Shown one piece after another: positions 35,561-47,138 of a stretch of 48,292 bases of DNA (within the stretch, counting starts at the first letter, position 1; each line of letters opens with the position of its first letter). Source of the stretch: Phycisphaerae bacterium (lineage in GTDB: Bacteria > Planctomycetota > Phycisphaerae > SM23-33); contig JBKHHU010000002.1 of the NCBI GenBank assembly GCA_046539045.1, positions 1 to 48,292 of the forward strand, in the 5' to 3' direction. A program made the position numbers and the translations under genes. The notes under the pieces are model-generated. The model was not told where the DNA came from. It searched no databases and worked only from the letters and a program-made list of their open reading frames with translations.

Positions 35561-36727
35561 TCAGTTGAGCTTCTTCAGTTCAGGCAGATCGACCCAGCAG
35601 CGTTTCTTCCAGCTCTCGATGCCTTTCTCCGCCAGTTGGACACCCTTGGCTCCTTCACGGAGGTCCCACTTGAACGGCTCATCCAGGACCAGATGCCGGA
35701 GGAACTTTTCCCACTGGATCTTGAAGGCGTTGTCGAATTCCTGCTGGTCGGGGGCTTCCTGCCAGCCCTCATAGAAGTTGATCGGCTGATCGACGTCCGG
35801 GTTCCAGACGGGCTTGGGGGTCGCTCCGTATGGCTGGACCCAGCACTTGCGGAGCCCGGCTACTGCCGAACCTTTCGTGCCGTCGACCTGGAGGGTCAGC
35901 AGGTCGTCGCGGCGAACGCGGACGCACCAGGAGCTGTTGAACTGTGCCACGATATCGCCGTCCAGTTCGAAGGTCGCGTACGCGGCATCGTCGGCGGTTG
36001 CTTCGTACGGCCGGCCGTTTTCATCCCATCGGGTGGGGATGTGGGTCGCGCCGCGGCAGGAAACGCTCTTGACCTCGCCGAAGATGTTGTCCAGCACGTA
36101 TCGCCAGTGGCAGAGCATGTCGATGATCATGCCGCCGCCTTCCTCGGCCCGGTAGTTCCAACTGGGACGCTGGGCGGGTACCGTATCGCCTTCGAATACC
36201 CAATAGCCGAACTCGCCGCGAATGCTCAGAATCTTGCCGAAGAAGCCCTGTTCGATGAGGTTCTGCAGTTTGACCAGTCCGGGCAACCACAGCTTGTCCT
36301 GCACCACGCCGTTCTTGACGCCTTTGGCGGTGGCCAGTTCGTAGAGCTTGTAAGCTTCCTCGACGGTGGTTGCCGTCGGCTTCTCACAGTAGATGTCCTT
36401 GCCGGCTTCGATGGCCTTGGTCACGTTGGGCACGCGAAGATTGGTACTCGTGGCGTCGAAGTAGACGCTGTAGCTGTCGTCGGCGAGCACGGCGTCCAGG
36501 TCGGTACTGGTTTTCCGGATGCCGCTGAGCTTGACCAACTTCTCGAGTTTCGCGGGATTCCGTCCGACGAGGATCGGATCCGGCATGATCGTCTCCTCGG
36601 GCGAGATCTTCACTCCGCCTTGCTTGATGATCTCCACGATCGACCGCATCAGGTGCTGGTTGGTGCCCATCCTGCCGGTCACGCCGTTCATGATAATTCC
36701 GACTCGGTGCTGCTTTACGTTAGCCAT
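35561..36727 (-). CDS. Gfo/Idh/MocA family NAD(P)-dependent oxidoreductase
   Basis: 388-aa ORF with an N-terminal Rossmann segment RVGIIMNGVTGRMG and a C-terminal alpha/beta domain typical of the family. Confidence 0.88.
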   Translation of the reverse strand: MANVKQHRVGIIMNGVTGRMGTNQHLMRSIVEIIKQGGVKISPEETIMPDPILVGRNPAKLEKLVKLSGIRKTSTDLDAVLADDSYSVYFDATSTNLRVPNVTKAIEAGKDIYCEKPTATTVEEAYKLYELATAKGVKNGVVQDKLWLPGLVKLQNLIEQGFFGKILSIRGEFGYWVFEGDTVPAQRPSWNYRAEEGGGMIIDMLCHWRYVLDNIFGEVKSVSCRGATHIPTRWDENGRPYEATADDAAYATFELDGDIVAQFNSSWCVRVRRDDLLTLQVDGTKGSAVAGLRKCWVQPYGATPKPVWNPDVDQPINFYEGWQEAPDQQEFDNAFKIQWEKFLRHLVLDEPFKWDLREGAKGVQLAEKGIESWKKRCWVDLPELKKLN

Positions 36728-36809
36728 CGCTCTTTCCGTTGTTACTGATTACTGCGGTTATTCGTTACTGCTGCCGAGGGGGCACGGGCGACCGATCGGC
36801 AACGGGAGC

Positions 36810-37268
36810 TTACTCTGCGTCCTTGGGTTTGTCCGTACACTGCGGCCAGGCGCCTTCGGGCAGGGCGGGTACATCCACGCCTTCCTTCGGCAGCGTGCCG
36901 GCCAGTTCCTGCTTCCAGTGATCGACGTCCCCGGCGGGCCCATAGACATAGATAAAGGTGAGTTTATCGTCACCCACGTTGGTCAACTGATGGAACACGC
37001 CGGAGGGAATGTACACTGCCTGTCCCGCACACAGCGGCTGCTTTTCATCGCCCAGGCACATTTCGCCCGTTCCTGAAACGACGAAGTAGACTTCTTCCTG
37101 TTCCTGGCTATGCCAGGGCACCTGCCCGCCTTGCGGCTCGAGGGTTACATAGCCCATGGAGAAGGCGGTCGCCTCGATGGGACTGGCCCCTCCAACGAGG
37201 TTCTGCGTGCGCCGTCGCGCGGGGTAGGTTCGGCCTTCGATCTTTGAGAGATCGGCAATATTCATCAT
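36810..37268 (-). CDS. Cupin-domain protein
   Basis: Start at MMNIADL (37268). Cupin motifs: GGQVPWHSQEQEEVYFVVSGTG and GQAVYIPSGVFHQLTN. Confidence 0.8.
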   Translation of the reverse strand: MMNIADLSKIEGRTYPARRRTQNLVGGASPIEATAFSMGYVTLEPQGGQVPWHSQEQEEVYFVVSGTGEMCLGDEKQPLCAGQAVYIPSGVFHQLTNVGDDKLTFIYVYGPAGDVDHWKQELAGTLPKEGVDVPALPEGAWPQCTDKPKDAE

Positions 37269-37435
37269 GCACCTCAATCTGTTGGGTTTGCGGCTGGGCA
37301 GGGGGCGGGGAGCCTTCACTTCCCGCGCACACTGGGACGCTACAGAATAGCGATTTGACGCACTCTGTCCAGAGCAAAAGAGCGAAGGCCCCGCTGTCGG
37401 GACCTTCGCTCCTGCACTGGATTTCTGCGTGTGGA

Positions 37436-38830
37436 CTACTGCCGAGACTTACCCGGCCAGAAGGTCAGGTAGGGTTCGCCGTTGATGAGCCGATGCACAT
37501 ACAAGGCGGCTTCGCGGGCATGGTAGTCGCCCCACATGCTGGATTCCCCGTTGGGAATGGCAGACCCGTCGGGTATGTAATCCCAGCCGTTGGGTCTGTG
37601 GTAGACCGAATGCAGAATCAGACCCTGGTGCGATTCGTTCGTGCTGAGGTAGGGCTCCTCCAGCAGCGTGCGAAGCGCGGTCAGTCCCGCCTGGAAGAAC
37701 TCAGTCCCGTTCTCCTCGCGGCCGTGGGTCTTCAGCCAGTGGCCCAGACGCAGCAGACCCTGACACCCGATCGCCGCGGCAGAGGAATCGATGGGCTCGC
37801 AATCGTTGTACGGATCGCTCGGTCGGTTGAGGTAGTCTTCGCCGAGCCTGTACAGGTTGGGAGCGCCCGTATCCCAATAGGGAATGCCGTCGGTTGGCGT
37901 GTTGGCAATATAGAAGCGGCAGGTCGCTTCGGCGGCTCGCAGATACAGATCCGTCAGTTCTTCCCGGCCGCCAAACTGCTCCAACTCGTCCTCACTCAGC
38001 ACGTCCAGGAATTCAAGCTGTTCGGGGAACCCAAGCATGGCCCAGCTCAGGCCTCGCGTCCATGTTGTGAACGGGCTGAACCCCTGTTGGCTCGACGGGC
38101 ACCTGAAGCTACCGTCGTTGGTGTTGAAGATGGCTTCGTGCACCGTCCGGCCGGGGACGTCGTAGGCGTCCCGTCCGTAGCCGAAGTAGATGTTGTACCT
38201 GGACGTGCTCCTGGCGTGCTTTACGACCCGGCCGTAGAGATTGATCTCCACGTCATTTTCGCCCTGCATGACGTGCCCGAGACAGTGACTGACGGCCAGG
38301 GCGCGACACGAGCGGATGGTGTCCACGAAGAGTGAATGGGGACCGTTGAAGGAGTAGATGTAGCCGCAGTCCTCGGGCAGGGCGGTCCACCGTCGAGCCT
38401 GCACAGCACCCGACGCTTTCAACGCCAGTTCATGGAAATTCCGCTCCCACGCGTTCTCCGGAATCTTGCCTTCGCTCATCAAACGCAGCAGGTTGCCATA
38501 GGTGCTGACGTTGTTGAACCCATGGTCGTGAACGCCGAAGCTCGTCACATGCGGCGCCATCTTCTCCACCGTGTTGCGACGGGCGTACTCCAGGAACTCC
38601 TCGTCCCCGGTTGCGTCGAACTGCAGAACAGCAGCGCCGAACTCGAAACCCTGTGTCCATTCAGTCCAGCCGCGAGTGGTGTATTGACCTTGAACGGTGA
38701 AAACCGGCGAGCCCCGGGAGACGTCGTACTGGTCGTCGATCAGGCGGATTTTCTGCGCCGAGAGCTCCCAGAACCGCTTCAGCAACTCAGCCAAATCTAC
38801 CGGTTTCAGGTCGTAGTCAATATTCATCAT
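37436..38830 (-). CDS. Six-hairpin (alpha/alpha)6 glycosidase-like protein, GH88/unsaturated glucuronyl hydrolase-like
   Basis: 464-aa ORF. The blocks WTQGFEFGAAVLQFDATGDEEFLEYAR and HDHGFNN resemble GH88-type motifs from memory. Confidence 0.5.
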   Translation of the reverse strand: MMNIDYDLKPVDLAELLKRFWELSAQKIRLIDDQYDVSRGSPVFTVQGQYTTRGWTEWTQGFEFGAAVLQFDATGDEEFLEYARRNTVEKMAPHVTSFGVHDHGFNNVSTYGNLLRLMSEGKIPENAWERNFHELALKASGAVQARRWTALPEDCGYIYSFNGPHSLFVDTIRSCRALAVSHCLGHVMQGENDVEINLYGRVVKHARSTSRYNIYFGYGRDAYDVPGRTVHEAIFNTNDGSFRCPSSQQGFSPFTTWTRGLSWAMLGFPEQLEFLDVLSEDELEQFGGREELTDLYLRAAEATCRFYIANTPTDGIPYWDTGAPNLYRLGEDYLNRPSDPYNDCEPIDSSAAAIGCQGLLRLGHWLKTHGREENGTEFFQAGLTALRTLLEEPYLSTNESHQGLILHSVYHRPNGWDYIPDGSAIPNGESSMWGDYHAREAALYVHRLINGEPYLTFWPGKSRQ

Positions 38831-38967
38831 AGGTAGTTTCTCTCCTGCCGGAAGCCGTCCAGCGGTTCATAACTGCTTGTACGACCTATTATAGGCACAA
38901 GAGAAGGCTCATACCCTGCTAAAGGCATGAGCCCTGTGGATCGGCCAATCGATGATGTCCGCCGAGG

Positions 38968-39510
38968 CTACTCTGTCGCCGCCGGTTTCTTCTCGGAAGG
39001 CCGGAGCAGGAGGTACAACTCCTCCAGCATTCGTCGCTGCATGGCTGAATCATAGCTGCGTGTGATCCAGGACTCGTTCTGTTCGGCCGTGGTGGCCGCC
39101 TCCATCTGTGCGGGGGTTTCGTCAGGCACCGCGTCGTATTCCCCGGTGGTATTGGGCATCACCCGGTGAATCGAGGATTCCTGTTGCTGGATCGCCACAG
39201 ACAGGTGTGCAAAGACTTCACCTTCCTTTTCCTGCACCTTCATCGTGGCGACTTTCCGTGCCGGGCTGGTTCCGCCGAGAATCCTGTTCTCGTCCGGATC
39301 GGCAGGGACAGGCCGGGATCGAATCACGCCGCTTTCCGGATCGGCCGACGCCACCGGAAAATGTGTACGCATGACCTGCCGAGCGCCCGCAAACGCTGCC
39401 TGATAGTTCACATCGCCCAGTGAAACCTGATCGCCGGGAGTCGTCGTATTGCAGCCCCAGCAGCAGGCAACCAGAAGCGTAGCGGTCAGCAGCGAACCAA
39501 TATGTTTCAT
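38968..39510 (-). CDS. Hypothetical lipoprotein
   Basis: 180-aa ORF with signal/lipobox MKHIGSLLTATLLVACCWGC. No recognisable family. Confidence 0.6.
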   Translation of the reverse strand: MKHIGSLLTATLLVACCWGCNTTTPGDQVSLGDVNYQAAFAGARQVMRTHFPVASADPESGVIRSRPVPADPDENRILGGTSPARKVATMKVQEKEGEVFAHLSVAIQQQESSIHRVMPNTTGEYDAVPDETPAQMEAATTAEQNESWITRSYDSAMQRRMLEELYLLLRPSEKKPAATE

Positions 39511-39619
39511 TGTCGTCTCCCCGGATTGTCACCTGCCGGGAGGGCAGGCTCTTCCCGCTTGTCCAAACACTGAGACCGGCGAGGCGAAGCGGTCGTCGCT
39601 CCGGCGGTCCGCCGGTATT

Positions 39620-41089
39620 CTATTCGCCGTTGTACTTGTTCTGGGTGAAGTAGTTCGGTGCTTCGTGGGTGATGGCGATGTCGTGCGGGTGGTTCTCCTG
39701 CAGCGTCGCAGCCGAAATCTGCATGAACCTGGCCTTCTCGCGAAGCTGCTGGATGGTGTGGGCTCCGACATGGTCCATTCCGCTACGAAGCCCGCCCAGC
39801 AGCTGGTAGATGAAATCGCTGAGTTTCCCGCGGTAGGGCACGCGTCCCTCCACGCCTTCAGGGACCAGCTTGCTGGGATCGACCGCCTTCTGGTTGTAGC
39901 GGTCGGCCGAGCCGGCGAGCATGGCATCCATGGACCCCATGCCGCGATACTGTTTGAAGCGACGGCCTTTATAGATCACCAGTTGGCCCGGCGATTCGTC
40001 CATACCCGCAAAGAGGCTGCCCATCATGACCGAGCTGGCGCCGATGCCCATGGCCTTTACGATATCGCCGCTGTGACGGATCCCGCCATCAGCAATTACC
40101 GGAACTCCGTTGGCGTCGCCGATCTTGCTGGTCTCACGCACAGCCGTGATCTGAGGCACACCCACACCGGAGACAACGCGTGTGGTGCAGATGGCACCCG
40201 GACCGATGCCGATCCGCAGCCCGTCGGCCCCGGCCTTGATCAGGTCCTCGGCTGCCTCGGCGGTGGCGATGTTTCCTGCGATGACGTCGATTTCATGCCG
40301 GGCCTTGATCTGGCGGATCGTCTCCAGGACGATTTCCTTATGGCCGTGAGACGTGTCGACGCAGATGACATCCACATCCCGCTCGATGAGCCGGTCGACG
40401 CGTTCGAAGTCCAGCAGACCCACCGCTCCACCGACTCGCAGCCGGCCCCGGCTGTCCTTGCAACTGAGAGGGAAGAGCTTGATCTTGTCGATGTCCCGCA
40501 TGGTGATCAGGCCGGTGAGCTTGCCTTCTTCGTCCACCAGAAGCAGTTTCTCGACTTTGGCTTCATTGAGGATCTGCTCGGCCTGGTCGAGGCTGGTGTC
40601 GGGGGCGGCTGTGACGAGATTGTTCTTGGTCATCACCTCTTGGATGCGGGTATCCTCCGAGAGGAACTTCATGTCCCTTCGGGTGAGAATGCCGACGAGT
40701 CTGTTGTCGTCGACGACGATCGGCACGCCGGAAATATTATGTTCTTCCATGATCCGCCGGGCGGTTTCGGTGGACTCGCTGGGCGGAAGGACCGTGGGGT
40801 CGGTGATGATGCCGTTCTCGCTCCGCTTGACCTTCTCGACCTCGCGGGCTTGCGCTTCCTTGGAGAGGTTGCGGTGGATGATGCCCAATCCGCCTTCCTG
40901 GGCGAGGGCAATGGCCAGTTGGGACTCGGTAACCGTGTCCATGGGAGCGGAGACAAGCGGTATCTTCAGCTGGATATTTTTCGTCAGATTCGTGGAGAAA
41001 TCGACTTCATCGGGCACGACGGTCGAATACTGCGGGATGAGCAGAATGTCGTCGAAGGTAATGCCGTCAGCGATGATTTTGTCTTGCAT
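39620..41089 (-). CDS. guaB: Inosine-5'-monophosphate dehydrogenase
   Basis: 489-aa ORF with [24 protein letters not shown], a CBS pair and the catalytic loop [20 protein letters not shown]. Confidence 0.97.
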   Translation of the reverse strand: MQDKIIADGITFDDILLIPQYSTVVPDEVDFSTNLTKNIQLKIPLVSAPMDTVTESQLAIALAQEGGLGIIHRNLSKEAQAREVEKVKRSENGIITDPTVLPPSESTETARRIMEEHNISGVPIVVDDNRLVGILTRRDMKFLSEDTRIQEVMTKNNLVTAAPDTSLDQAEQILNEAKVEKLLLVDEEGKLTGLITMRDIDKIKLFPLSCKDSRGRLRVGGAVGLLDFERVDRLIERDVDVICVDTSHGHKEIVLETIRQIKARHEIDVIAGNIATAEAAEDLIKAGADGLRIGIGPGAICTTRVVSGVGVPQITAVRETSKIGDANGVPVIADGGIRHSGDIVKAMGIGASSVMMGSLFAGMDESPGQLVIYKGRRFKQYRGMGSMDAMLAGSADRYNQKAVDPSKLVPEGVEGRVPYRGKLSDFIYQLLGGLRSGMDHVGAHTIQQLREKARFMQISAATLQENHPHDIAITHEAPNYFTQNKYNGE

Positions 41090-41455
41090 GTGATCTCCTG
41101 GTGGCTCTGTCTGTCTTTAGACGCAAACCGTAATCATTAAGTGCTCGTTGGCCGGTCGGCAAAAGTGAGCCGGGGCCTGGCTAAGGGCGGGTCGCACCGA
41201 ATGCGGTACGGCTGGGTCGGAATGGCAGGACCGGACGCGGGATGGCGGTTCCGGGCCGAATCGACAGTTAGCCCTTACGCGATTCTAACCCCGCGGACAT
41301 TTTCACTGCAAGCGGCAGTTTCCGATTTTCCCGTCCGTCGGAATCTCTGGGTTGTCCCCGGTGATGGTTGGCCGGCGGCAGACGGCTGCGTAGGATAATT
41401 CGTTCAGCTCATTCCCCGCCGTCCGCCGGTGTCACCGACCGAGTTCGGATTCGCC

Positions 41456-41483
41456 TTGACAACGCGGCCGATCCGTACACAAT
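41456..41483 (+). promoter_or_regulatory. Sigma-70-like promoter candidate TTGACA-N16-CACAAT upstream of coaE
   Basis: Perfect -35 hexamer. The -10 element ends ~10 nt before the ATG at 41494, implying a very short leader or a leaderless transcript. Confidence 0.3.
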
Positions 41484-41493
41484 TCTGGCCTCC

Positions 41494-42126
41494 ATGGCAC
41501 CGGAAGCGAGAACAGCACGGATCCCCGTCATCGGCATTGTCGGCGGAGTCGGGTCGGGCAAGAGCACGGCGACCGAAGCGTTCGTTGATCTCGGCTGCCA
41601 AGCCATAATCGGTGATCGGCTCGGACATGAGGTGCTGGACCTGCCGGAGACGAAACAGGCGATCCGTCGGCGGTGGGGGGGACGGTTCTTCTCCGCCGAC
41701 GGTAAAGTGGACCGACGGGCGTTGGGACAGGCCGTCTTCTCCGACCTGGAACAGATGCAGCAGCTTAACGCTATCACCGAACCAAAGATTCGGCAGCGAA
41801 TTGCCGAAGAAGTAGATCGTATCCGCAACGAAGGATTCGCCCGGGCCATTGCCCTGGACGCGGCGATTCTCTTCGAAGCGGGATGGGACAGCATGTGCGA
41901 TTATACGGTGTTTGTCGATGCTCCTGAGCCGTTGCGGGCCCAACGGGTACAGACCCACCGCGGCTGGGATCTTGATGAGCTTCGGAGACGTGAAAAATCG
42001 CAATTGAAGCTGGACAGCAAGAAAAGTCGCTGCTATGCTATTTTGGATAACAGTTCCGACGTTTCCTGCCTCCGCGATCAGGTCCGTCACCTGATGGATC
42101 GCATCGATCACACTCCGGACAGATGA
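41494..42126 (+). CDS. coaE: Dephospho-CoA kinase
   Basis: Start at MAPEARTARIPVIGIVGGVGSGKST (P-loop). The length of ~210 aa is typical. The track ORF extends upstream to 41368. Confidence 0.88.
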   Translation: MAPEARTARIPVIGIVGGVGSGKSTATEAFVDLGCQAIIGDRLGHEVLDLPETKQAIRRRWGGRFFSADGKVDRRALGQAVFSDLEQMQQLNAITEPKIRQRIAEEVDRIRNEGFARAIALDAAILFEAGWDSMCDYTVFVDAPEPLRAQRVQTHRGWDLDELRRREKSQLKLDSKKSRCYAILDNSSDVSCLRDQVRHLMDRIDHTPDR

Positions 42127-42368
42127 CAGGCGTTTTACACCTGTCAACGTGGCAGGGCGTTTGGCGAACTGTTCCAGCCTTTGCGGAATTCCCACCGGCT
42201 AGTGATGTGAAGTACACGCAACAGCCGCCGTTGGCCGCCCGGGCCTAAGGTTGACCTTTCGCGGGGAACGATCAACCACGCAGTAGCAATCCAGATTTCC
42301 ACATTGTCCACGTGCGAACACCGGTTCCGCGGACAATCTGCAGTTGTTTCATGGAGGCGTATCCAGTC

Positions 42369-44006
<1,638 letters not shown>

Positions 44007-44029
44007 ACTATTACAGCGACTAAGCTTAC

Positions 44030-44071
44030 AATGGGTATCGGGCCAAGGTTCTCGATACCCATTTTCTTTTG
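44030..44071 (+). terminator. Intrinsic terminator of rho
   Basis: Perfect 11-bp stem AATGGGTATCG/CGATACCCATT with a 12-nt loop, followed by TTCTTTTG. Confidence 0.85.
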
Positions 44072-44081
44072 AGGCGCAGTT

Positions 44082-45098
44082 ATGATCGCCCGGATACACA
44101 TCCAGAACTACAAATGCTTCCCCGATCTGACGGTCGATCTTCAACCTTTCAATGTTCTGATCGGCCCGAATGATTCAGGAAAGACGGCCTTCCTGCAGGC
44201 GATCAATGTCATCGACAGGATAGCTTCCCAAGGCATAGGCCATTGGGGCGGGGATACTTTCGGCACCAAACAGCAGATTTCGTGGAGGAATGATCCGAGC
44301 AGCACAGTCGTCATCGAAGGGTCGTACGGCAACAGACCAGAAGGTGTGACGAGTGTGGTATCAGTTGGCTCCGACACGGGGAACGAAGACCCCCAGGTTT
44401 ACTGTGATATTATCGTCTCAGGAGAGCAGGTTTCTCCGGCATCTGACCGACTAAGATTTTGCTCGATCTACGAGGAGTATTTTGGATCGCAGGCGATGTT
44501 TCTCCTTAGCCCCTCTGATCTCCGCAGTTCCAGTAGGTTATCTGAGAGAATGGGACCGACCGGAAAGGGACTTGCTTCCTTTTTGGATGAAATGCTCCGC
44601 GAAGACCGTAAAGCTTTTATCGAAATGGAAAGGGAGTTCTATAAGCGTTCGGGATATTCAAATCTAAGAATATCGTCCGATGGGGGAGAACTTTCTCTGG
44701 TTTTTCAGACCAACCATGGGGAACAGTTGCAATCCCAACTGGTCTCCGACGGCGTTATGCTGACCCTTGCCTATCTGGCCATCTGCTATCAACCGAACCC
44801 ACCGAAGATCCTTCTTCTGGAAGAACCCGAGAAGGGCGTGCACCACGGAAGTCTGGAGAAGACCGTGACAACGCTTCGTTCGCTCTGCGAGGACAAAGGG
44901 GTGCAGATCATTTTGACGACCCATTCACCGTACCTGCTCGATCTCGTCGAGCCGGAAGAGGTCCTCGCCTTTCGCAAGGGAGACGACGGAGCCGTAAAGG
45001 CCAAACGCATGACCGCCTACAAAGATGTTCAGAAGCTGCAGAAACATTTTAAGCCTGGAGAGATCTGGGCCATGTTGTCCGAGAAGGAAGGGATCTAG
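44082..45098 (+). CDS. ABC/SMC-like ATPase of the AAA_21 type (OLD/AriA/AbiLi-like ATPase lacking a fused nuclease)
   Basis: 338-aa ORF. MIARIHIQNYKCFPDLTVDL... with Walker A GPNDSGKT, signature-like SDGVMLTLAYLA, Walker B ILLLEEPEKGVH and H-loop ILTTHSPYLLD. It is noticeably more AT-rich than its neighbours. Confidence 0.85.
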   Translation: MIARIHIQNYKCFPDLTVDLQPFNVLIGPNDSGKTAFLQAINVIDRIASQGIGHWGGDTFGTKQQISWRNDPSSTVVIEGSYGNRPEGVTSVVSVGSDTGNEDPQVYCDIIVSGEQVSPASDRLRFCSIYEEYFGSQAMFLLSPSDLRSSSRLSERMGPTGKGLASFLDEMLREDRKAFIEMEREFYKRSGYSNLRISSDGGELSLVFQTNHGEQLQSQLVSDGVMLTLAYLAICYQPNPPKILLLEEPEKGVHHGSLEKTVTTLRSLCEDKGVQIILTTHSPYLLDLVEPEEVLAFRKGDDGAVKAKRMTAYKDVQKLQKHFKPGEIWAMLSEKEGI

Positions 45099-45102
45099 GG
45101 GG

Positions 45103-45746
45103 ATGAAACGGGTATTGGTTCTTAGTGAAGGTCCGCATGAACTCGGGCATGAGTTGGAGGTGGAGTTATGCGAGCATCTCCCTGCCTTGCCTCGGCTGGT
45201 ATCTCGACTATGCGGGGAGAACGGAGCCGCTTTTGTTTGTCACCGGTTTCATGAATATGCCCGAGCCAATGCCAGATCCCCGTTTCCGGGTGGAAACGCA
45301 AGACAGCTGCCGCTATTGCCAAAGCAGGAATCCAGGAATACACCCACGTCGTTATCCTCATAGACCGAGACCGTCAGAGGAATGCTGACCGAGTCGATCT
45401 CCTGAAACGGGGGCGGGACGAACTGGAAAACGGCGCCGAATACCCCGGTTGCGCAGTAGGAACCGCTGTAGAGGCGTTCGATGCGTGGATGATTGCAGAT
45501 GGCAGTGCAATTGGGAAAGCGGGCGGAGACGCTAGCCGTTCTCACCCACAACCGGAGTCACTTGCAGGCAAGGAAGGGAGCGGGCAGCATCCAAAGGACC
45601 GAGCGGCAGAGCTTTTTGGAACCGCCACAGGATTGTCGGCCAGATACGCGGAAGTCGCCCGAAATGTCGATCTGGATCTTCTGAGAAGGTGCTGTCCTGA
45701 AGGTTTCCGCCCGTTTGCGGAGGAGGTCCGTCGGCAGCTAACCTGA
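45103..45746 (+). pseudogene. TOPRIM-like / DUF4276-like partner gene, disrupted by a frameshift (frame 1 from 45103, frame 3 from ~45255 to 45746)
   Basis: ATG 45103 lies 4 nt after the ATPase stop: MKRVLVLSEGPHELGHE... (acidic E of a TOPRIM-like fold). This frame stops at 45363. Frame 3 is open from 45255 without any start codon until 45489. It encodes ...YTHVVILIDRDRQRNADRVDLL...AVEAFDAWMIADGSAI...HPKDRAAELF...CCPEGFRPFAEEVRRQL, with a DxD block and a DUF4276-like C-terminus (from memory). Confidence 0.55.
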
Positions 45747-45783
45747 CCATTGTCTTGGCTATGTTGGGATAGCTCTGTAAACT

Positions 45784-45820
45784 ACCGGCCCGTGTCAGTT
45801 GATGCGGGTCGGTTTTTTTC
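45784..45820 (+). terminator. Intrinsic terminator closing the ATPase cassette
   Basis: 9-bp stem ACCGGCCCG/CGGGTCGGT with one G-U pair and a 12-nt loop, followed by a run of seven T. Confidence 0.85.
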
Positions 45821-45842
45821 GTTACGAACTGCCTGGAGCATC

Positions 45843-46496
45843 ATGAAGTACCACGCCGCGATTTTCGACCTTGACGGAACTTTGCTTGATACACTCGCCG
45901 ACCTGGCCGATTCGATGAACCACGTGCTGGAATGGAACGGCCACGAGAAACACCCGCTGGATGCCTACAAGTATTTCGTGGGGAACGGAATGGAGATGCT
46001 GGTGCGGCGGGCGATTCCGGTGGAACTCTGTGATGAGAATCGTGTCCGCAAGTACCTCTCTGCGTTCAAGGCCGAGTACGCCACGCGATGGGACAAGGAA
46101 ACGGTTCCCTATCATGGCATAGCGGACATGCTGGACCAACTGCAGGACAAGTGCGTCAGAACAGCAGTGCTGAGCAACAAGGCCCATGATTTCACCGGAC
46201 TGTGCGTCGAGAAGCTCTTGGGCGACTGGTCGTTCGATGTCGTGCAGGGCGTCAGCGAAGCGATCCCGCCCAAGCCGGACCAGAAGGGCGTGCAAAGCGT
46301 GATCGAGCGTCTGGACGTGGATCCCTCGCGCATCATTTATTTGGGCGACACTAGCACGGATATGCAGACCGCCAAGGGCAGCAACCTTTTCGCGGTCGGC
46401 TGCAGCTGGGGATTCCGCCCGCGTCGGGAACTGCTCGATGCCGGGGCGGACGTAGTGATCGACCATCCGTCCGAACTCGTTAAGCTGATCGATTGA
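45843..46496 (+). CDS. HAD-superfamily hydrolase (phosphoglycolate phosphatase-like)
   Basis: Start MKYHAAIFDLDGTLLDT (DxDGT motif I), LSNK motif II and YLGDTSTDMQTA motif IV. Confidence 0.85.
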   Translation: MKYHAAIFDLDGTLLDTLADLADSMNHVLEWNGHEKHPLDAYKYFVGNGMEMLVRRAIPVELCDENRVRKYLSAFKAEYATRWDKETVPYHGIADMLDQLQDKCVRTAVLSNKAHDFTGLCVEKLLGDWSFDVVQGVSEAIPPKPDQKGVQSVIERLDVDPSRIIYLGDTSTDMQTAKGSNLFAVGCSWGFRPRRELLDAGADVVIDHPSELVKLID

Positions 46497-46518
46497 TTGA
46501 AACAGTGGAGACACACGG

Positions 46519-47052
46519 ATGAACACGCAGCCGACGCTGGAGACCGAACGCTTGATTCTGCGTCCTTTCACGCTGGATGACGCCTCGGACGTGCAGGCCA
46601 TGGCCGGTGACAGAAAGGTGGCCGACATGACCTTTAACATTCCTCATCCGTATCTGCTGGAGGTCGCCGAGCAATGGATTGCGACGCATGAGGCGGGGTA
46701 CCGAGCCGGTGATGCCACATTCGCGATCACCCTGCGGGAAACCGGCCGGCTCATCGGTGCCGTCGGTCTCCGCAAGGACGAGGAACCCGACGTGGCTGAG
46801 CTTGGATATTGGATCGGGGTTCCGTTCTGGGGAAATGGCTATTGCACAGAGGCGGCCGGGGCGGTCGTTTCCTTTGGCTTCACCTCTCTCGGATATACCA
46901 AACTGTTCGCGACGCATCTGGTCGGGAACCCCGCGTCGGGCAGAGTGATGCAGAAGATCGGAATGCATCGCACCGGAGAACTGACGCGATTCGCCGAGAA
47001 ATTCGATAGGGAGGTCGAGCTCATCCGGTACGAGATGTCTTCCGGATGCTGA
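46519..47052 (+). CDS. GNAT family N-acetyltransferase (RimJ/RimL-like)
   Basis: 177-aa ORF with TERLILRPFTLDD..., IGYWIGVPFWGNGYCTEAA and NPASGRVMQKIGM. Confidence 0.85.
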   Translation: MNTQPTLETERLILRPFTLDDASDVQAMAGDRKVADMTFNIPHPYLLEVAEQWIATHEAGYRAGDATFAITLRETGRLIGAVGLRKDEEPDVAELGYWIGVPFWGNGYCTEAAGAVVSFGFTSLGYTKLFATHLVGNPASGRVMQKIGMHRTGELTRFAEKFDREVELIRYEMSSGC

Positions 47053-47138
47053 TCCGGATCGCCCCTCAACCGTCGTCTCGCCGGCTACGCAGAGGGCGTG
47101 GCCGGACCCGCAACTTGCCGAGCTGTTTGCCGAAGTGC

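Noticed and set aside
42124-42146. Hairpin TGACAGG-N9-CCTGTCA right after coaE as a terminator; also the small hairpins at 9886-9898 and 39570-39590.
   Set aside because: The stems are short (5-7 bp) and have no T-tract. Such hairpins are expected by chance in GC-rich DNA.
45255-45290. Programmed -1 ribosomal frameshift in the TOPRIM-like gene.
   Set aside because: No canonical slippery heptamer or obvious downstream pseudoknot is present. An indel in a short homopolymer is the simpler explanation.
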